From: an uncultured Gemmatimonadales bacterium
GTDB taxonomy: Bacteria > Gemmatimonadota > Gemmatimonadetes > Gemmatimonadales > GWC2-71-9
DNA length: 64,000 nt
Assembly: GCA_963771275.1 (NCBI GenBank)
Contig: CAVYSW010000003.1
Coordinates: forward strand, 224,001 to 288,000
Direction: 5' to 3'
The position numbers were made by a program, and so were the translations under genes. Each line of letters opens with the position of its first letter. The first letter of the stretch is position 1. Shown in pieces: positions 34,367 to 42,982 of the stretch. Under the pieces are notes generated by a model. It saw only the letters and a program-made list of their open reading frames with translations. It searched no databases and was not told where the DNA came from.

Positions 34367-34512
34367 GGCTCCCCTACGCCTCCCGCGCCAGCCCTGTTCC
34401 GGCCGCGCGTCTCACAACGGGTTGAGTACTGCGACCGGCCGGGCGCTGCCCGGCGCTCCATTGGCCTGCTGGAAGATCGGCATCGGCACGCCTTTACGCC
34501 ACCGGCCGGGCG

Positions 34513-34806
34513 CTAGCGGGCCGCCGGGCTCCCGTCCGGCGGCAGGACCCCCTGCCGCTGCTGGGCCAGAAGGCGCTCAGCGAAATCCAGCCGCTCGTGC
34601 ACCTCCGCGACATCCTGGCGCAGCTCCTCCATCTCGTCCATCACCGCCTGGTTGGAGGCCTCGAGCCGCTGGACCACCTCGTCCGACGTGACCGCCTTGC
34701 CCTGAATCCGCGCAGCGAAGGCTCGACCCACCGGGGAGATCGCGAGCAAGAACAGCGTCCCGCCACCGAAGATGAACGTGATTGCGAGAATGCCTTCCAT
34801 ATCCAT
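34513..34806 (-). CDS. Small single-TM coiled-coil protein (paralog 5)
   Basis: N-terminal hydrophobic helix; EVHERLDFAERLL. Confidence 0.85.
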   Translation of the reverse strand: MDMEGILAITFIFGGGTLFLLAISPVGRAFAARIQGKAVTSDEVVQRLEASNQAVMDEMEELRQDVAEVHERLDFAERLLAQQRQGVLPPDGSPAAR

Positions 34807-34809
34807 GCC

Positions 34810-35109
34810 TCAATGCTCTCCTTCGATCAGGGGGCGCTGGGCGTGCTGCGCCAGCATGCGCTCGGCGAATTCCAGGCGCTCCTCCAGCTCCTCCCAGCGG
34901 TACGTCTTCCCTTCGAGCTGCTCGATCCGCTGCTGCAACCGCTGCAACTCCTCGCCGACCCCCGGCCCAGCCTCACCGAGGCGAGCGTCGTGCCGCCGGT
35001 CGAGGAACTTGTTCGCGATCCGGTAGATCCCGAACAGGACGAACCCGCCCATCCCCATGCCGATGATGGGGAACACGACATTCTGGACCCACACCCAGTC
35101 GCTGAACAC
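34810..35109 (-). CDS. Small single-TM coiled-coil protein (paralog 4)
   Basis: GTG 35109 just after the stop of paralog 3; TM helix; ELEERLEFAERML. Confidence 0.85.
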   Translation of the reverse strand: MFSDWVWVQNVVFPIIGMGMGGFVLFGIYRIANKFLDRRHDARLGEAGPGVGEELQRLQQRIEQLEGKTYRWEELEERLEFAERMLAQHAQRPLIEGEH

Positions 35110-35110
35110 C

Positions 35111-35380
35111 TCACGAGCCTCCGGGAAGTCCCTCGCGCCGCTGCTGCGCCAGCAGCCGCTCGGCAAAGTCCACCCGCTCTTCGAGCTCCGCCACCCGATC
35201 GACCATGGTCCCCAGTGCCTCCACCTCACCGCGCAGCCGTTCCAGCTCTTCGGCGGATGCCCCGCTCCCTACCTGGCGCCGGTCGATCCAGCGGACGATC
35301 AGCTTGTACGTCACCACCAGGAACACGATCCCGGTGGCCATCCCACCGAACGGTACGAGGAATACCCAGTCAGGGGGCAC
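35111..35380 (-). CDS. Small single-TM coiled-coil protein (paralog 3)
   Basis: TM helix; ELEERVDFAERLL. Confidence 0.85.
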   Translation of the reverse strand: MPPDWVFLVPFGGMATGIVFLVVTYKLIVRWIDRRQVGSGASAEELERLRGEVEALGTMVDRVAELEERVDFAERLLAQQRREGLPGGS

Positions 35381-35654
35381 GGGAGCCTCCGGACGGGCCC
35401 AAGTCGCCGTGCTCGCGTGCCCGGGTCAGCATCCGCTCCGTGAAGTCCTGACGCTCCTCGAGCTCGGCCAGGCGCTGCTTCAGGTTGTCGAGCTCGAGCA
35501 GGGCCTCCGCGGCGATGTCCGCGCTGCGCCCGTCGGGGGGCAGGCCGCGCCGGGCGATGCGATCCGCCAGGGCCCGGCCGAGCGGGCCGCGCAGGATCAC
35601 CGCGCCGGCGATGCCCAGGATCGCCACGACCGGAACGAGAACGTCCGGCCCCAT
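35370..35654 (-). CDS. Small single-TM coiled-coil protein (paralog 2)
   Basis: TM helix; ELEERQDFTERML. Confidence 0.85.
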   Translation of the reverse strand: MGPDVLVPVVAILGIAGAVILRGPLGRALADRIARRGLPPDGRSADIAAEALLELDNLKQRLAELEERQDFTERMLTRAREHGDLGPSGGSRAP

Positions 35655-35655
35655 G

Positions 35656-35973
35656 CTACTCGCCCCCCCGCTCGATCCGCTCCGGCTCCTTGCGGGCGGT
35701 CAGCACCCGCTCCGCAAAGTCCAGCCGCTCGTGCAGCTCCATGACCTCGGCGCTGAGCTGCCGAACGGTCTGTCGCAGCTCCTGCGTGGCCTGCCCGTCG
35801 GCGGGGACCTGGACGGTCCACCGTCGCACCAGCCCGCGCACGAGCGTCCACAGGATCCCCATGCCCCCGACCGACGCCACCACGATCACGACCGCGATCG
35901 CGATGTTGACCGGGTCCGGGCCCTGATGAACGATGAAGTCCGGCAACTGCGGCGGTGCGGGGACCTGCTGCAT
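35656..35973 (-). CDS. Small single-TM coiled-coil protein (paralog 1)
   Basis: GGAGG RBS; TM helix; ELHERLDFAERVL. Confidence 0.85.
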   Translation of the reverse strand: MQQVPAPPQLPDFIVHQGPDPVNIAIAVVIVVASVGGMGILWTLVRGLVRRWTVQVPADGQATQELRQTVRQLSAEVMELHERLDFAERVLTARKEPERIERGGE

Positions 35974-36055
35974 GCGTCATTCCTCCGTCGTCCGAGACCC
36001 CCTACGTCCACTGTTTCAAAAAGTGTCGCTCGCGCGGGAAAAGTAAAGGCGTGGG

Positions 36056-38884
36056 TCAGCGCCGGAGCAGCGGCGCGAGATAGCGGGCCGTATGGGAGTG
36101 CGGCGCGCGCGCGACGTCCTCCGGAGACCCCTGCGCGACGATCGCGCCGCCCGCCGCCCCGCCCTCGGGCCCGAGATCGATCACCCAATCGGCGGTCTTC
36201 ACGACCTCGAGGTTGTGCTCGATCACCACCACGGTGTTGCCACGGTCCACGAGGCGGTGCAGCACATCGAGCAGCAGGCGCACGTCCTCGAAATGCAGCC
36301 CCGTGGTCGGCTCGTCAAGGATGTACATCGTCCGCCCGGTGTCGCGCTTGGCCAGCTCGGTGGCGAGCTTGACCCGCTGGGCCTCGCCGCCCGACAGCGT
36401 GGTGGCGCTCTGGCCCAGGTGGACATAGCCCAGACCGACGTCGTTCAGCACCTCGAGCCGCCCCCGGATCCGCGGCTGCGCCTCGAAGAACTCGAGCGCA
36501 TCGGCCACCGTCATGTCGAGCACGTCGGCGATCGATCGGCCCTTGTAGCGGACGTCGAGCGTCTCCCGGTTGTAGCGCCGGCCCTTGCACACCTCGCACG
36601 GCACGTAGACGTCCGGCAGGAAGTGCATCTCGATGCGCACGAGCCCGTCGCCCTGGCAGGACTCGCACCGCCCGCCCTTCACGTTGAACGAGAACCGTCC
36701 CGGCCCGTACCCGCGAATCCGCGACTCGGCCAGCTGGGCGAACAGATCGCGGATCGGCGTGAACAGCCCCGCGTAGGTCGCCGGGTTCGAGCGCGGCGTC
36801 CGGCCGATCGGGCTCTGGTCGATCGCGAGGACCTTGTCGAGCTGCTCCAGACCCTCGATCCGGTCGTGCGCGCCGGGCAGGGTCTTCGTCCGGTAGAGAT
36901 GCCGGGCCAGCCCGTGGTACAGGATGTCGGTGACCAGGGTGGACTTCCCGGAGCCCGAGACGCCCGTCACCGCGATGAACGCGCCGATCGGGAACGCGAC
37001 GTCGAGGTTCTGCAGGTTGTGCTGCCGCGCCCCCACGACGCGGACGGCCCGGGTGGGGAGCACGGCCCGGCGGGCCGCGGGCTGCGGGATCCGCAGTTCG
37101 CCCCGCAGATACCTGCCGGTGAGCGACGTCGGGTGCCGCACGACATCGTCGACCGACCCCTCCGCGACCACCTCACCCCCGAACCGCCCCGCACGTGGCC
37201 CGAGATCGATCACGTGGTCGGCGGCGCGGATCGTGTCGGCATCGTGCTCGACCACGATCACCGTGTTGCCCAGGTCGCGCAGCCCGCGCAGCGTGTCGAG
37301 CAGCCGGCCGTTGTCGCGCGGGTGGAGTCCGATGGACGGCTCGTCGAGGATGTACAGCACGCCGACCAGCCGGCTGCCGATTTGCGTGGCGAGGCGGATG
37401 CGCTGCGCTTCCCCGCCCGAGAGCGACTCGGCCGCACGGCCCAACGTGAGGTAGGCGAGACCCACGTCGCGGAGGAACGCCAGCCGCTCGACGACCTCGC
37501 GCAGGATCGGGCCCGCGATCTCGCGATCGATGGTGCCGCCGGGCTGGCCGCGCAGCGGGATCTGCTCGAAGAACTGCAGCGCCTCGGACACCGACAGGGC
37601 CACGATGTCGCCGAGGCTCCGGCCGTGGACCAGCACGCTGAGGCTCTCCGGCTTGAGCCGCCGGCCGCCGCACGCGTCGCACAGGATCTCGGTCATGAAC
37701 TCACCGAGCTGCTCGCGCACGGCATCCGAGCTGGTCTCGCGGTAGCGGCGCTCGACGTTCTTGATGATGCCCTCCCAGACGCTCTCGTAGGTGGCGCCGC
37801 CGCTCCCCGCGGGGAACCTCAGCTTGCGGTCCGGCAGGCCGTCGAGCAGCAGCCGGCGGACCCGTTCGGACAGCGCTCCCCACGGCGCCTCCAGGCGGAA
37901 CCGGAACGTCGTCGCGAGCGTCGGCAGCACCACCTTGCGCAGGTACCCCGTGGGCTCGCCCCACGGCAGGACCACGCCTTCGAGCAGGGAGATCTGCGGA
38001 TCGCCCAGCACCAGGGCCTCGCTCACCTCCCGCCGGGTGCCGAGCCCGCCGCACGCGGGACACGCACCGTAGGGCGAGTTGAACGAGAACTGGCGCGGCT
38101 CGAGCTCCGCCAGCGAATAGCCACACTGGGGGCAGGCGAACCGCTCGGAGAAGAGCGTCTTCTGGCCGTCCCGCACGACCTCGACCAGCCCGTCCGCGGC
38201 TTTGAGGGCCGTCTCGATCGAATCGTGCAGCCGGCCGCGATCCGCCGGGCGCACCACCAGCCGGTCGACGATCAGGCCGATGTCGTGGCTCACCCGGCGG
38301 TTGAGCCGCGGCGGGGACGCGAGCTCGTGGACCGCGCCGTCCACGCGTGCCCGGACGAAGCCCTGGCGGCGCGCGCCCTCGAACAGATCGTGGAACTCGC
38401 CCTTGCGCCCGCGGACCAGCGGGGCCACGACCTCGATCCGCGTCCCCTCCGGCCACTGCAGCACCGCCTCACTGATCTGCGAGGCGGTCTGTCGCCGGAT
38501 GGCCGCGCCGTCGTGCGGACAGTGGGGGATGCCGACGCGCGCCCAGAGGAGCCGCAGGTAGTCGTAGATCTCCGTCACGGTCCCGACGGTCGATCGCGGG
38601 TTCTGCCCCGCCGTCTTCTGCTCGATCGAGATCGCCGGCGACAGCCCCTCGATGGCGTCGACGTCCGGCTTCTCCATGAGGCCGAGGAATTGGCGGGCGT
38701 ACGCCGACAGCGACTCCACGTAGCGGCGTTGCCCCTCGGCGTAGATCGTGTCGAACGCGAGGGACGACTTGCCGGAGCCCGAGAGTCCGGTGATCACGGT
38801 GAGCCGGTTGCGCGGGATTTCCACGGTGATATTACGCAGGTTGTGCACCCGCGCGCCGCGCACGACGAGGCGGTCGTCGGCCAT
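36056..38884 (-). CDS. uvrA: Excinuclease ABC subunit A
   Basis: ATG 38884 ([16 protein letters not shown]); two Walker A motifs ([16 protein letters not shown]); two LSGGEAQR; Zn fingers. Confidence 0.97.
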   Translation of the reverse strand: MADDRLVVRGARVHNLRNITVEIPRNRLTVITGLSGSGKSSLAFDTIYAEGQRRYVESLSAYARQFLGLMEKPDVDAIEGLSPAISIEQKTAGQNPRSTVGTVTEIYDYLRLLWARVGIPHCPHDGAAIRRQTASQISEAVLQWPEGTRIEVVAPLVRGRKGEFHDLFEGARRQGFVRARVDGAVHELASPPRLNRRVSHDIGLIVDRLVVRPADRGRLHDSIETALKAADGLVEVVRDGQKTLFSERFACPQCGYSLAELEPRQFSFNSPYGACPACGGLGTRREVSEALVLGDPQISLLEGVVLPWGEPTGYLRKVVLPTLATTFRFRLEAPWGALSERVRRLLLDGLPDRKLRFPAGSGGATYESVWEGIIKNVERRYRETSSDAVREQLGEFMTEILCDACGGRRLKPESLSVLVHGRSLGDIVALSVSEALQFFEQIPLRGQPGGTIDREIAGPILREVVERLAFLRDVGLAYLTLGRAAESLSGGEAQRIRLATQIGSRLVGVLYILDEPSIGLHPRDNGRLLDTLRGLRDLGNTVIVVEHDADTIRAADHVIDLGPRAGRFGGEVVAEGSVDDVVRHPTSLTGRYLRGELRIPQPAARRAVLPTRAVRVVGARQHNLQNLDVAFPIGAFIAVTGVSGSGKSTLVTDILYHGLARHLYRTKTLPGAHDRIEGLEQLDKVLAIDQSPIGRTPRSNPATYAGLFTPIRDLFAQLAESRIRGYGPGRFSFNVKGGRCESCQGDGLVRIEMHFLPDVYVPCEVCKGRRYNRETLDVRYKGRSIADVLDMTVADALEFFEAQPRIRGRLEVLNDVGLGYVHLGQSATTLSGGEAQRVKLATELAKRDTGRTMYILDEPTTGLHFEDVRLLLDVLHRLVDRGNTVVVIEHNLEVVKTADWVIDLGPEGGAAGGAIVAQGSPEDVARAPHSHTARYLAPLLRR

Positions 38885-38892
38885 AGCCGTCG

Positions 38893-38922
38893 AACGTAGT
38901 GGCACCGGGAACCCGCGGTCAA
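38893..38922 (-). promoter_or_regulatory. Putative sigma70 promoter of uvrA
   Basis: TTGACC-N18-TACGTT, ending 8 nt before the ATG. Confidence 0.45.
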
Positions 38923-38965
38923 CGGGCGGGGGCGCGCCGCGGACCGGGGGCGGACCGGACCTGTC

Positions 38966-38994
38966 TTGCCACACCCGGGGCGCCGGGATACTTT
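38966..38994 (+). promoter_or_regulatory. Putative sigma70 promoter of the cutA operon
   Basis: TTGCCA-N17-TACTTT. Confidence 0.5.
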
Positions 38995-39028
38995 GGCGGT
39001 CCCTGCTGCGCGAGGCGATCCGCGAGCC

Positions 39029-39376
39029 ATGGCCGCGCCCGATGTCAGCGACGCCGTGATGGTGTTCACGATGCTCGAGACCCCCGACGCCGCCCGGCTC
39101 CTGGTGGAGCGCCTCGTCGAGCAGCGCATCGTGGCCTGCGGCACGATCGTTCCGGCCGCAACGTCGGTGTACCGCTGGGAGGGCACGATCACCACCGCGA
39201 GCGAAGCGCTGGTCCTGCTGAAGACGACGCGCGATCGCTGGCCCGCCCTCCGCGCGGCGGTCGATCGCCATCACCCGTATCGCGTTCCCGAGCTGCTCGC
39301 CGTGCCGGTGGTGCACGGCCTGCCCGCCTACCTGGCATGGGTCGCGGCGGAAACCACACCCGGAGAAACTCCGTGA
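39029..39376 (+). CDS. cutA: Divalent-cation tolerance protein CutA
   Basis: [32 protein letters not shown]. Confidence 0.9.
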   Translation: MAAPDVSDAVMVFTMLETPDAARLLVERLVEQRIVACGTIVPAATSVYRWEGTITTASEALVLLKTTRDRWPALRAAVDRHHPYRVPELLAVPVVHGLPAYLAWVAAETTPGETP

Positions 39377-40182
39377 CACGGCGCCATCGACGCCGGGCTC
39401 GACGCCGCCGGGGCTACACCCCAGTGGCGCGGCAGCCCGCCGAGTCCGCCGGGGCCTCGCCCTCGCGCCCCGCATTGCCGTTCGAGCTGGTCGAGCCGGC
39501 CCCCCTGGCGGCATCGGACGGGACGCCCGCCCCGGAGGTGACGGCCGTCGCCGGGACGTCGCTGCCCAGTGAGGAGGTGTTGTATCGCGCGGCGCAGCAA
39601 GCGGCGCAGCGCGGCGACGCGGTGCGCGCACAGGCGATCTACCGGGAGCTCCTCGTGGCGTGCCCCGGCCACGTCGACGCGCGCAGCAGCTTCGCCCTGC
39701 TGCTCGACCGTCTTGGCCAGCACGACACGGCGCTGGCCGAGCTCGACCTCTGCCTCGAGCATGCGCCCGACGATCCCGGCGCGCTGATCCGGCGCGGGAC
39801 GCTGCGCAGCTCGCTGGGACTGTTCGCGCAGGCGGAGACCGATCTGCGCCGCGCGCTGCGGCTGGATCCGGCCAGCGCGGACGGGCACCTTGCCCTGGGG
39901 CTGGTCCTGTCGCGCAAAGGCCTGTGGCGGGACGCGATTCCGCACCTGCGGCGCGTGCTGGAAGTCGACCCCAGTCGGGCGACCGCATGGGATGCGCTCG
40001 GGGAAGCCCTCAACCACATGGACGATCTCGATGGAGCGCTGCAGGCGTTCCAGCGCTCCGCGGAGCTGCGCCCGACCAACGCCCGGGCCCTGCGCGGACT
40101 GGGCGTCGTCTATGACCGGTTGAACCGGCCGCGCGAGGCGGCACTCATGTATCGTCGCTCGCGGGAGCTCACGGGCACGTGA
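39373..40182 (+). CDS. Tetratricopeptide repeat protein
   Basis: About 5-6 TPR-like units (e.g. DLRRALRLDP..LALGLVL, ALQAFQRSAELRP) after a low-complexity N-terminus; GTG start overlaps the cutA stop. Confidence 0.8.
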   Translation: MTRRHRRRARRRRGYTPVARQPAESAGASPSRPALPFELVEPAPLAASDGTPAPEVTAVAGTSLPSEEVLYRAAQQAAQRGDAVRAQAIYRELLVACPGHVDARSSFALLLDRLGQHDTALAELDLCLEHAPDDPGALIRRGTLRSSLGLFAQAETDLRRALRLDPASADGHLALGLVLSRKGLWRDAIPHLRRVLEVDPSRATAWDALGEALNHMDDLDGALQAFQRSAELRPTNARALRGLGVVYDRLNRPREAALMYRRSRELTGT

Positions 40183-40682
40183 TCAGGGTGGTGGTGGACG
40201 ATCTCGCGTTCGTGGCCGCCGACGCGATCGTCCGACCCGCCACGGACTTCCTCGAGCCGACCACCCCGAGCCTGCGCCGTCTCGAGCAGGTGGGCGGGCC
40301 GGCGTTCTGGGACCATCTCAAGGTCGAGCGACCGCTCGCGGTCGGATCCGCCGTCGTGACCCCCGGCGGGAGCCTCCCGGCGGAGCTCGTCATCCATGCT
40401 ATCATTCGGAGCGCCACGGAGCCGGTGTCCGAGCGCTCGGTTCGGCGGGCGCTGACCACGGCCCTGCAGCGCACCGCCGACTGGGCGCTCGCCCACGTGG
40501 CGGTGCCACCGGTGGGCATCGGCGCCGGAAACCTCACCCTCGAGGACGCGGCTCGGACCATGGCCGGGGTCTTCGCGGGCGTGCCGGGCGCGTCCGGCTA
40601 CCCCCGCGACGTGACGATCGTGGTCGAAACGGAGGACGAGCGCCGCGTGTTCGAGACCTACTTCCGGACCAACGGCTCGTGA
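40179..40682 (+). CDS. Macro domain protein (degenerate motifs)
   Basis: ADAIV, GSAVVTPGGSLPAELVIHA, VAVPPVGIGAG. Confidence 0.82.
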   Translation: MIRVVVDDLAFVAADAIVRPATDFLEPTTPSLRRLEQVGGPAFWDHLKVERPLAVGSAVVTPGGSLPAELVIHAIIRSATEPVSERSVRRALTTALQRTADWALAHVAVPPVGIGAGNLTLEDAARTMAGVFAGVPGASGYPRDVTIVVETEDERRVFETYFRTNGS

Positions 40683-42226
40683 GCCGCCGCGTCATCGCGG
40701 CGGTCGTCGTCGTGGCGTGGCTGGCGTCGCTCGCCCTGCTGCTCCGGCGGGAGTACTGGCGGCCGCCTGCCCAGGTGCTGGCGGAAGCGGCGTCGAACCT
40801 GCCGCCGGGCGCGGCGTACTATGCGGTGAGCCTGGGCACCGACCAGATCGGCTACGCCTCGAGCACGATCGACACCCTGGGTGACACGCTCAGTCTCGGC
40901 GACATCGTGGTGCTCGAGATCCCCGTGCTTGGGACGGTGCAGCGCACCGAGGCGCGCACGACCATCTTCCTGACGCGGGGCCTCCGGCTCCGCTCGTTCA
41001 CGGCGTCGCTGCACTCCGAGAGCGCGCAGTTCGACGCGACCGGCCGGATCGAAGGCGACTCGCTGCTCGTGCTCGAGATCGCGTCAACGGACAGCCGGGA
41101 AACCCGCCGCATCCGACTCCCGGAGCCGATTGTCCTGCCCCAGCTGCTGCCGCTCGCGGTGGCGTTGGGGGGCGCGCTCCAGACGGGGCGATCCTTCACG
41201 ATGCAGGTGTTCGACCCGTTGCTGCTGAGCACGCGACGGGTCACGGTAGCGGTGACCGCCGAATCCACGTTCACCTTCGCGGACAGCGCGGTGTTCGATA
41301 CCGCCGCGGGGCGCTTCGTCCCGATCCTCACGGACACCGTCCGAGGGTGGCAGCTGCGCGAGGCGCATGGCGACGTCCCCATCGACACCTGGATGGACCG
41401 TCGCGGGCAGGTGATCGCGATGACCTCACCGATGGGGTTCCGGCTCGAGCGCACCGCGTTCGAGGTGGCGTACGAGAACTTCCGCCGGTTTCGCACGCCC
41501 GCGGCCGGCACGGCCCCGCGGCGCGGCATCGACCTGATCCGCCAGACGGCGATCGCCTCGAACGTGACGCTGGCCAGGGACACGCTGACGCTCCTGCAGG
41601 TCCGGCTCGGTGGCCTGGGCCTCACCGGCTTCGACCTCGACGGCGACCGGCAGCACCTCTCGGGCGACACGCTGACGGTTCGCCGGGAGGATGCGGCGGC
41701 CCGGCGGGCGTCGTACCGGCTGCCCGCGACCCTGCCGGCGCTGCGTCCCTTCCTGCAGCCGGAGCCGCTGGTGCAGAGCGACGACCCGCGCATTCAGGCC
41801 CAGGCGCGCCAGATCATCGGACGCACCCGACGCCCTGAGCGCGCCGCCGAGCTGCTCACCCGCTGGGTGGACGAGCGCGTGCGGAAGGAGGTCACGCTCA
41901 GCGTGCCGAGCGCGCTGGACGTCTACCAGCGTCGGCGCGGCGACTGCAACGAGCACACGGTGCTGTTCGTCGCGCTCGCCCGGGCGGTCGGCCTGCCGTC
42001 CCGGACAGCCGCCGGGCTCGTCTATCTCGACGGAACCTTCTACTATCACGCGTGGGCCGAGGTGTACCTCAACGGCTGGGTGGCGGTGGATCCGACGTTC
42101 GGACAGTTCCCCGCCGATGCCGCGCACGTGCGGTTCACCATCGGCGGCCTCGCGCGCCAGCTCGAACTGATCCGGCTGATCGGCCGGCTGACCATCGACG
42201 TGATGAGGACCGACTCGCTGCCATGA
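40679..42226 (+). CDS. Membrane-anchored transglutaminase-like (papain-fold) protein
   Basis: N-terminal TM/signal; GDCNEH, YHAWAEVY and WVAVDPT (Cys-His-Asp triad). Confidence 0.88.
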   Translation: MSRRVIAAVVVVAWLASLALLLRREYWRPPAQVLAEAASNLPPGAAYYAVSLGTDQIGYASSTIDTLGDTLSLGDIVVLEIPVLGTVQRTEARTTIFLTRGLRLRSFTASLHSESAQFDATGRIEGDSLLVLEIASTDSRETRRIRLPEPIVLPQLLPLAVALGGALQTGRSFTMQVFDPLLLSTRRVTVAVTAESTFTFADSAVFDTAAGRFVPILTDTVRGWQLREAHGDVPIDTWMDRRGQVIAMTSPMGFRLERTAFEVAYENFRRFRTPAAGTAPRRGIDLIRQTAIASNVTLARDTLTLLQVRLGGLGLTGFDLDGDRQHLSGDTLTVRREDAAARRASYRLPATLPALRPFLQPEPLVQSDDPRIQAQARQIIGRTRRPERAAELLTRWVDERVRKEVTLSVPSALDVYQRRRGDCNEHTVLFVALARAVGLPSRTAAGLVYLDGTFYYHAWAEVYLNGWVAVDPTFGQFPADAAHVRFTIGGLARQLELIRLIGRLTIDVMRTDSLP

Positions 42227-42981
42227 TCCGTCTCGAAGGGCTGACGAAGCGGTACGGGACGTTCGTGGCGGTCGACCAGATCGCGCTGCACGTGCCGCGG
42301 GGGCAGCTGTTCGGCTTTCTCGGGCCGAACGGCGCCGGGAAGACGACGACCCTCCGGATGATCGCCGGGATCCTGCGGCCGACGGCGGGGCGCATCTGGC
42401 TGGGTGACGACGATCTCCTGGCGCGCCCGATGGTCGCCAAGGCGCGACTCGGGTTCATCCCGGACCGGCCGTTCCTCTACGAGAAGCTCACCGGCGGGGA
42501 GTTCCTCCGGTTCGTGGCGGGGCTGTACGGCCAGGACGGCAGCGCGATCGAGCGGCGCATCGACCAGCTGCTCGACGTGTTCGAGCTGACCACCTGGAAG
42601 GACGAGCTGATCGAGGCCTACAGCCACGGGATGCGGCAGAAGCTGATCATCTCCAGCGCGCTGGTCCACCGGCCGGAGCTCATCGTCGTGGACGAGCCGA
42701 TGGTCGGGCTCGATCCGCGGGCCGCGCGGCTGCTCAAGGACATCTTCCGGCAGTTCGTGGGTCGCGGCGGCACGGTGCTGATGAGCACGCACACGCTCGA
42801 GGTCGCCGAGGCGATGTGCGACCGGATCGCGATCATCCAGGCGGGCCGCATCGTGGCCGAGGGCACGATCGCGGATTTGCGGGAGCAGACGCGGGCCGGC
42901 GACGCGTCGCTCGAGGATTTGTTTCTCAGGCTCACCGGCGGGAGCTCGGGCCGGGAGCTCGGGGCCATTCTGGGAGACTGA
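42223..42981 (+). CDS. ABC transporter ATP-binding protein
   Basis: GPNGAGKTT, YSHGMRQK, IVVDEP, STH; ATG 42223. Confidence 0.95.
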   Translation: MIRLEGLTKRYGTFVAVDQIALHVPRGQLFGFLGPNGAGKTTTLRMIAGILRPTAGRIWLGDDDLLARPMVAKARLGFIPDRPFLYEKLTGGEFLRFVAGLYGQDGSAIERRIDQLLDVFELTTWKDELIEAYSHGMRQKLIISSALVHRPELIVVDEPMVGLDPRAARLLKDIFRQFVGRGGTVLMSTHTLEVAEAMCDRIAIIQAGRIVAEGTIADLREQTRAGDASLEDLFLRLTGGSSGRELGAILGD

Positions 42982-42982
42982 G

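Noticed and set aside
34412..34483. 23-aa ORF MPIFQQANG... whose start resembles the pspA start
   Set aside because: Similarity is limited to GATCTTCCAGC and there is no clear RBS; likely chance.
34513..35973. Repeated motif as a CRISPR array or DNA repeat
   Set aside because: The periodicity is at the protein level with synonymous variation; there are no identical DNA repeats with spacers.
36092..38899. 935-aa plus-strand ORF, and the 1310-aa version of uvrA
   Set aside because: The first is antisense to uvrA. The N-terminal extension of the second overlaps cutA and the TPR gene and is low-complexity; the real start is 38884.
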